Under the pieces are notes generated by a model. That model had not been told where the DNA came from. It did no database searches and worked only from the letters and a program-made list of their open reading frames with translations. Shown piece after piece: positions 38,111 through 43,661 of a stretch of DNA of 43,661 nt (positions within the stretch are counted from its first letter, which is position 1; every line of letters begins with the position of its first letter). Made by a program: the position numbers and the translations under genes. Origin of the DNA: Candidatus Bathyarchaeia archaeon (GTDB lineage Archaea; Thermoproteota; Bathyarchaeia; Bathyarchaeales; Bathycorpusculaceae); NCBI GenBank assembly GCA_038883795.1, contig JAVZLK010000009.1:1-43661 (forward strand), written 5' to 3'.

Positions 38111-38995
38111 TTAATGTTCGCTAATCGCCTTTGGATATCCCTCATCTTCCAATTGAATGGTTGTGTGGTCTATTCCAAACTCTTCGCTTAAAATTTTCAT
38201 CAAATCCGAAAGAAGTTTCCTCTTATCTATATCCTTTTTCACCACAATGTGGCAGCTCATGCAACACATCTTAGTCGGGGTAATACACCAAACATGGAGG
38301 TCGTGAACTTCGTTCACGCCTTCTTGCTCCATAATTCTTCGCTCCACAGCATTCAAGTTAATGCCATAAGGGACTCCTTCGAGAAGAACGTTTATGGATT
38401 CTCGAACAAGTTTCCAAGAACTGTAAAAGATTAAGGCGCCCAACATCATGCTGATGATGGCATCTGCTTGATACCACCCTGTAAAATACATTATTACTCC
38501 AGCGGAAATTGCTCCAATAGAACCTAAAGCATCAGCTAAAACGTGGAGGAAAGCGCCCTTAACGTTTAGACTTTCGCTCTTTGATTTGGAAAGGGTGATG
38601 GCTGACAATCCATTGGCTGCCAAACCAGAGAAGGCTATGATTAGCATGTTTAAACTTTCAACTCGAATTGGATTTTGAAGTCGCTGGATTGCCTCATAAA
38701 AAATGAAAATGACAATGCCCCATAAGAAGACACCATTCAAAAAAGCCGCCAAAATTTCAGCCCTGTAATATCCAAAAGTCTTTTTCACGTTAGTTGGGCG
38801 CATGGAAATCCATGAAGCCATAAGAGCAAAAATTAGGGCTGCAGCATCATTTAACATGTGCCAAGCATCCGCTAAAAGGGCAAGACTATTTGTTAGGATT
38901 CCACCAACCAGCTCGATAACAAAGAATGTGAGGGTAATGCCTAAAGCTATTTCCAAGTATTTCACACTTCTTATTGGACCACTGTTTTTGTGCAT
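38111..38995 (-). CDS. Cation diffusion facilitator (CzcD/ZitB-like Zn/Co/Cd exporter)
   Basis: SLALLADAWHMLND, TFGYYRAEILAA, AFLHVLAD, VHDLHVW, HTTIQLE. Confidence 0.93.
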   Translation of the reverse strand: MHKNSGPIRSVKYLEIALGITLTFFVIELVGGILTNSLALLADAWHMLNDAAALIFALMASWISMRPTNVKKTFGYYRAEILAAFLNGVFLWGIVIFIFYEAIQRLQNPIRVESLNMLIIAFSGLAANGLSAITLSKSKSESLNVKGAFLHVLADALGSIGAISAGVIMYFTGWYQADAIISMMLGALIFYSSWKLVRESINVLLEGVPYGINLNAVERRIMEQEGVNEVHDLHVWCITPTKMCCMSCHIVVKKDIDKRKLLSDLMKILSEEFGIDHTTIQLEDEGYPKAISEH

Positions 38996-39017
38996 TGAGA
39001 CACGCTGCTTATACTAT

Positions 39018-39611
39018 TTAATGTCTTGTTTTTATTTTTTGAACGAAATAAGCCAAAATGATAAGACAAGCTGCAAAAGTTAGCATGCTTGATACGGTTG
39101 TAATTAGGATATTTTCTGTTTCTAAGATGAATGCTACCGAGACTACGGCAAGGAAGACGCCAAAATATAGGCTTGCGTTGCTGCGCAAAAATTGCGTGAA
39201 TTCCATGCGGATGAGTTTTGAATATCTATTTAACAAAATGAGGATAGATGCAAAGGCGAGAAATGTGATTATAATTGTGTAGGTTATCCCAGCCCAATAA
39301 TTCTCACTTTCTAAGGTTAGCAAAAGCCCAACTTCGTCCCCTATAAGCCCGCCTCCAGCGCCGAAAAGGATTGCTGCCAATCTGTTTATTCTTTCGCTTT
39401 CATAGCTTATGCCCAACCAACCGCCTATGGCAAGCATGGCTAAACCGTACCAAAAATGGTGGATGTGAAGGTCGCCGCTGATTAAGACAAGGTTTGGATT
39501 AAAAGTTGTGAAGGTTCTGGCGATTATGAAAGAACCTATGAAAGAGACTAATGCTAACAATGAAAGGTTAGGTTTTGTTTTTACTATTTCTTCGGAAGAG
39601 ATTTTCTGCAC
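39018..39611 (-). CDS. Membrane protein with HIHH motif
   Basis: About 6 TM helices; LHIHHFWYG and GGGLIGDEVG. Confidence 0.8.
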   Translation of the reverse strand: MQKISSEEIVKTKPNLSLLALVSFIGSFIIARTFTTFNPNLVLISGDLHIHHFWYGLAMLAIGGWLGISYESERINRLAAILFGAGGGLIGDEVGLLLTLESENYWAGITYTIIITFLAFASILILLNRYSKLIRMEFTQFLRSNASLYFGVFLAVVSVAFILETENILITTVSSMLTFAACLIILAYFVQKIKTRH

Positions 39612-39627
39612 GCACTCCTAAACTTGC

Positions 39628-40563
39628 TTAAGGCATTTTGCTCAAAATGACTTCAAAACGCCGTTCCAAGCCCCCACTGACAGCAAATATTCTCACCTTG
39701 TCTCCAACTCTCCTCTTGTGAAGCTCCCTAACTAAGTCTTCAATGGTGTAAATGACTGTGCCGTTCATTCTCAAAATTATGTCGCCAACAGCCATTCCAA
39801 CACGGTCTGCTGGGCTTCCATCTACAACCCTTGTAACAAGCACTCCATGTTCCACTGGTAAATCGTAGTAACGAGCCATTTCCTCCGTAATGCTTAAGCC
39901 TATTATTCCAAGCCAAGGTCTTGTTGAAATTCCGTTCGTAATTATTTCACTTGCACATCTCTTTGCGGAGTTTATTGGGATGGCAAATCCTATTCCTTGA
40001 GCATATGGGATTATGGCAGTGTTTATTGCTACAACTTTACCTTCAAGATTCACTAGGGGTCCGCCACTATTTCCAGGGTTTATGGCAGCATCAGTCTGCA
40101 CAAGATTTTCCAAAAATTCATTTTGAGACTCTATCGTTCGGTTTACCGCACTTACAACACCAGTGGTCACGGTTGGACCGCCTGCTAATCCGAAAGGATT
40201 TCCAATGGCATAGACTCTCTGCCCAACCCTTAGCTTGTCAGAATCTCCAAGCTCGGCTGATGGAAGCGAATCTCTGTCAACTTTTACAACCGCTATGTCA
40301 TGCACGGTGCAAGAACCCACCAATTTTCCTTCCAAAATTTCGCCATTCCATAAGGTTACGGAAATTTTTTCTGCTCCTCCAACAACGTGATTGTTGGTTA
40401 ATATATACCCTTTAGGGTCTATTATTGTTCCCGAACCCATACCCTTCACTGGAACAACTTGATAAAATATGTGGTGGACAAGTTTTATTGTACTTATGTT
40501 GACGACACTTTTGCTCACATTTTCTAATATGTCAAGAAAAGCTTCTTCGTCAAAGTTAGGCAA
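39628..40563 (-). CDS. HtrA/DegP-like serine protease with one PDZ domain
   Basis: GSG, TNNHVV, DIAVV, QTDAAINPGNSGG, PWLGI PDZ; no signal or TM segment. Confidence 0.93.
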   Translation of the reverse strand: MPNFDEEAFLDILENVSKSVVNISTIKLVHHIFYQVVPVKGMGSGTIIDPKGYILTNNHVVGGAEKISVTLWNGEILEGKLVGSCTVHDIAVVKVDRDSLPSAELGDSDKLRVGQRVYAIGNPFGLAGGPTVTTGVVSAVNRTIESQNEFLENLVQTDAAINPGNSGGPLVNLEGKVVAINTAIIPYAQGIGFAIPINSAKRCASEIITNGISTRPWLGIIGLSITEEMARYYDLPVEHGVLVTRVVDGSPADRVGMAVGDIILRMNGTVIYTIEDLVRELHKRRVGDKVRIFAVSGGLERRFEVILSKMP

Positions 40564-40596
40564 TCACTTTCACCTCTAAACTTTTCAACTCCTATT

Positions 40597-40986
40597 CTAA
40601 TAAGTTTTTACCGCCAAACAAAAATCGCATTCTTCTATGGTTATTTTTGGCTCGGTTTTTTGGCAGAATTGGCACATGATGCCCGTTTTTCTTATAGTCA
40701 TGCAGGTTTGGCAGAAAACTTTCAGAAATTCCCTTCTTTGATACGTCCCATCCTCAAGGAATTCGACCATTTTCTCTATTAAGGGGTCTATTTCTGTTAT
40801 GCTGTCAATTTTTATTGCATAACCTCTAACTTTTCGTGTGTATTTACTTACGGCGCTTTGGGAGATTCCCAAAATTTCCGCAACCCTTTCCTGTTTTAGA
40901 CCATGCTTTTCCACGAGTTGTTTTGCTATTAACGCTTTTACTGCTGGTATGACGGATTTTACGGCGATTTCGCATGGAACTATCAA
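40597..40986 (-). CDS. COG2522-like HTH transcriptional regulator with Cys-rich C-terminus
   Basis: PCE...VIPAVKALIAK.L, Q..VAEILGISQSAVSKY; CxxC x8 CxxC and CxxC tail. Confidence 0.85.
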   Translation of the reverse strand: MIVPCEIAVKSVIPAVKALIAKQLVEKHGLKQERVAEILGISQSAVSKYTRKVRGYAIKIDSITEIDPLIEKMVEFLEDGTYQRREFLKVFCQTCMTIRKTGIMCQFCQKTEPKITIEECDFCLAVKTY

Positions 40987-41021
40987 TTTTATGCACCGTT
41001 TAGGTATTTTGTTGGGAAAAG

Positions 41022-41148
41022 TATTTAAGCATGACGTATGTCATAATAGCTTAACGTATGCCACGACAAACCAAACAATAACCAATCTAATTTTAAACCG
41101 AACTCTCCTTTCTCCCCAAAGTCGTGGCATACGTCAAAACATTTAAGC
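41022..41148. promoter_or_regulatory. Three TGACGTATGYCA-type operators between divergent TATA boxes
   Basis: ATGACGTATGTCAT 41031-41044; TTAACGTATGCCACGAC 41051-41067; inverted copy GTCGTGGCATACGTCAA 41121-41137; TATA-like boxes at 41022 (-) and 41141 (+). Confidence 0.75.
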
Positions 41149-41215
41149 AGAAAAATTTTAAGAATCTCAAAAACATAACTCATATCGCCATTCTAAAATT
41201 GAGCGTGATACACAA

Positions 41216-42079
41216 GTGAAAGTTAACATAATTTCTTTGACATGCTGCGCCGGATGCGTATCCTCCTTTTTAAATGCTGGCGATGCTTTATTAGAAATTC
41301 TTTTGGGCGATTTCGAGATCGTTTATTCTCCAACTTTTATGGATTTAAGGGAGATTTCGGAAGTTGATTTAGCCATAGTTGAAGGTGGAGTTAGAACAAC
41401 CGATGACGAGAAATTGATTAGAGAAGTGCGGGCTAAATCCAAAATTCTCACAGCTTTAGGAATATGCGCAACCCACGGCGGAATAACAAGCCTCGGAAAC
41501 GCACTATCTGTTAAGAAGCTTTTAGAAAAGGAATATTCCGTTTCCCTTTCAAGCGCACTTCCAGAACTGAAGGATTTGATGTATCCTATATGCAGCTTCG
41601 TCGATGTCGACTATTACATTCCGGGATGCCCACCCATGCCGTTCCTAATGGTTCACAGTTTAAAGAATATGGTAAGCGGAAAAGCGCCAGTTCGCCATCA
41701 AAGCGTTGTTTGCACAGAATGCCACAGAAAAATAATTCCAGCAAAACTTGACCGCCTTTATGGGATATATGAGAAAGAGGCAAATCCAGAATTATGTCTA
41801 GTAAGCCAAGGCTTCATATGTCTTGGTTCCTTGACAAGGGACGGATGCGGAGCGCCATGCCCAAGAGCCGGTTTTACATGCTTCGGATGTAGGGGTCCCG
41901 CTGATTCCCTATTGTATAGGTCGAGGGATATGTACGCTTTTCTCGTCAAAGTGATTTCAAAAAGAACCAGTATTCCAGAAGAGAAAGTGAAAGAGGAGCT
42001 TTATCGCAACCCATTCATTTTCCACACATTCATTTTCTCAAAATTTGCACGTTCCAAAGCAAGGGAGAGAATCATTTGA
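41216..42079 (+). CDS. [NiFe] hydrogenase small subunit, group 3 (MvhG-like)
   Basis: CCAGC, VEGGV, GICATHGGI, IPGCPP, VCTEC, CL..QG..CLG..T..GC.A.CP....C.GCRGP. Confidence 0.9.
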   Translation: MKVNIISLTCCAGCVSSFLNAGDALLEILLGDFEIVYSPTFMDLREISEVDLAIVEGGVRTTDDEKLIREVRAKSKILTALGICATHGGITSLGNALSVKKLLEKEYSVSLSSALPELKDLMYPICSFVDVDYYIPGCPPMPFLMVHSLKNMVSGKAPVRHQSVVCTECHRKIIPAKLDRLYGIYEKEANPELCLVSQGFICLGSLTRDGCGAPCPRAGFTCFGCRGPADSLLYRSRDMYAFLVKVISKRTSIPEEKVKEELYRNPFIFHTFIFSKFARSKARERII

Positions 42080-43494
42080 GCCAAAATAAAGAAATAACGA
42101 TTTCACCCACAACAAGAATCGAGGGTCACGGAAAAGTAACCATAATCCTTGACGAGTTCGGCAACGTTTCAGAAGCATACTTTTACGCCACAGAAATTAG
42201 AGGCTTCGATTACTTCGTAAAGGGCATGGAAGCAGAGAGGCTTCCGTTCATAATTTCTAGAATCTGCGGAGTCTGTTCTACAGCCCACATTATAGCCTCT
42301 GTTAAAGCCATAGAAAGCATTTATGGAACAGAAATAACAGAAACAGCCAAAAAACTTCGTGAACTCTTACTCATGGGACAAATAATAAGCAACCATTCCC
42401 TAGTCTTCTTTTTCCTAACTCTTCCAGACTTTTGGTTCTCTCCAGAGGAAAATCCTTCAAAGAGAAATGTTTTCCAAATAATGCGGGAAAAACCAGAAAT
42501 AGGCAAAAAAGCCATCATGCTCAGAAGTTTTGGAGCACAAATATTAGACGTTGTTGGAAAACGGGAAGTCCACATAATCTCAACCATACCGGGAGGCTTA
42601 ATCAACCCGCTAAAGGAAAGGGAAAGAGAGGAACTTCTAAAAAAGGCACGAGAGGCATGCGAAATAGCCAAGGAAGCCCTTGAACTTGGGAAGGAGCTTT
42701 TTGACAAAAATTGGCAGGATTTCAAGAGAGCAGGAGATTATAAAACCCATTATATGGCTTTGACGAAGGATGATGCCTTAGAATTTTATGATGACGAAAT
42801 TCGTATCATTAACCCGGAAGGTGAGACCTTATGCAAGTTCAAAGTGCAAGATTACATGGAGCACATAGAAGAAAAACGTTATGAATGGACGTATGCAAAA
42901 TTTGCCTACCTAAAAAGCTTAGGCTTGCCAGAAGGGATAATTCAAGTTGGACCAACCGCAAGAATGAACGTAAACAAAAAAGCCACAACAAGCCTCGCCC
43001 ATAAAGAATTGGAAGAGTTTAAAAGAAAATTTGGAACCCCAGCCCATGCCACTCTCCTTTTTGATTATGCCCGTCTCATAGACCTAATTTATGCATGCGA
43101 AAGGGTGAAAGAACTTTTAGAAGACGAAACCATAACACGAACAAACACGAGGGTTAAAGTTAAACCTAAAGGCGGAAAAGCCATAGGGGTTGTTGAGGCT
43201 CCGCGGGGAACCCTCGCCCATGAGTATGAAATTTCCAGAAATGGACGTCTAAAAAATATGAAGTTGATAATACCAACACAAGTAAACAATGCCGCCATAA
43301 ACGTTAACGTGAAAGATGCGGCAATGGAGTTCATTCAAAAAGGCGAAATCAAGCAAGGTCTCTTAAATAGGATTGAGATGGTGATAAGGGCTTATGACCC
43401 ATGCATAAAATGCGCCACAAGAAACGCTAATGAATGGTTGAGGGTGGAAATAAGAAGCAAGGAAGGCAAACTGCTGAAAATTTTGGGAGTTTAG
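42076..43494 (+). CDS. [NiFe] hydrogenase large subunit, group 3 (MvhA-like)
   Basis: TRIEGHGK, L1 RICGVC, VGPTAR, EAPRGTL.H, L2 RAYDPCIKCATR plus C-terminal extension. Confidence 0.93.
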   Translation: MSQNKEITISPTTRIEGHGKVTIILDEFGNVSEAYFYATEIRGFDYFVKGMEAERLPFIISRICGVCSTAHIIASVKAIESIYGTEITETAKKLRELLLMGQIISNHSLVFFFLTLPDFWFSPEENPSKRNVFQIMREKPEIGKKAIMLRSFGAQILDVVGKREVHIISTIPGGLINPLKEREREELLKKAREACEIAKEALELGKELFDKNWQDFKRAGDYKTHYMALTKDDALEFYDDEIRIINPEGETLCKFKVQDYMEHIEEKRYEWTYAKFAYLKSLGLPEGIIQVGPTARMNVNKKATTSLAHKELEEFKRKFGTPAHATLLFDYARLIDLIYACERVKELLEDETITRTNTRVKVKPKGGKAIGVVEAPRGTLAHEYEISRNGRLKNMKLIIPTQVNNAAINVNVKDAAMEFIQKGEIKQGLLNRIEMVIRAYDPCIKCATRNANEWLRVEIRSKEGKLLKILGV

Positions 43495-43661
43495 GTTTGA
43501 ATTTTTATGGCTTGGCTTGGACAGTTAACTTCGCATGTTCTGCACAAAATACAATTTTCTTCATTCACAACCGTTGGTTTCTTTGACTTTTCATTGCGGA
43601 AAATGTAAACTGGGCAAATTTCAACGCAGATTCTGTCGGCGTCTCCAACACATTTTGCATA
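43491..43661 (-). CDS. Dicluster-type ferredoxin, 5'-truncated by window end (not in ORF track)
   Basis: ...YAKCVGDADRICVEICPVYIF...NEENCILCRTCEVNCPSQAIKIQT-TAA. Confidence 0.88.
   Translation of the reverse strand, partial: YAKCVGDADRICVEICPVYIFRNEKSKKPTVVNEENCILCRTCEVNCPSQAIKIQT

Noticed and set aside
41051-41137. Inverted repeat as a MITE or CRISPR remnant
   Set aside because: No target-site duplication or spacer array, and a third related site beside a TATA box favours operators.
42076-43494. Possible [NiFeSe] hydrogenase
   Set aside because: All four ligands are Cys codons, with no in-frame TGA.

Overview
Gene-dense archaeal chromosomal window. The lineage is inferred to be TACK, most likely Bathyarchaeia, from rpl13e, archaeal CCA/RNase P/L15e genes, TATA/BRE promoters and GGTGA SD sites. 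The left half (1-28 kb) holds housekeeping and RNA-metabolism genes (dinB, uppP, cca, thpR, class II HMG-CoA reductase, prs, trmG10, rnz, rpl15e-rpl13e-COG1325-rnp3-rnp2), a PAS kinase/response-regulator pair and three tRNAs (Val-CAC, Phe-GAA, Gly-GCC). The right half (28-43.6 kb) is a redox/metal island: ATP-type HypB, HypA, DUF166, PDO, LrpA, Prx, OsmC, frameshifted NifX-like gene, DUF5320, DUF134, class II RNR, rubredoxin, SOD, zinc-type ferredoxin, glutaredoxin, FTR-rubredoxin fusion, CDF transporter, HtrA, HTH regulator, group 3-like [NiFe] hydrogenase and a ferredoxin. Best observations outside the ORF track: a box C/D sRNA whose two guides match the 23S peptidyl-transferase centre (predicted Gm2251 and U2593, E. 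coli numbering), a structured rpl15e leader, three operator arrays next to their likely regulators, and several small unlisted ORFs. No mobile element, CRISPR array or rRNA is seen. All family calls are from motif recognition, not database searches.
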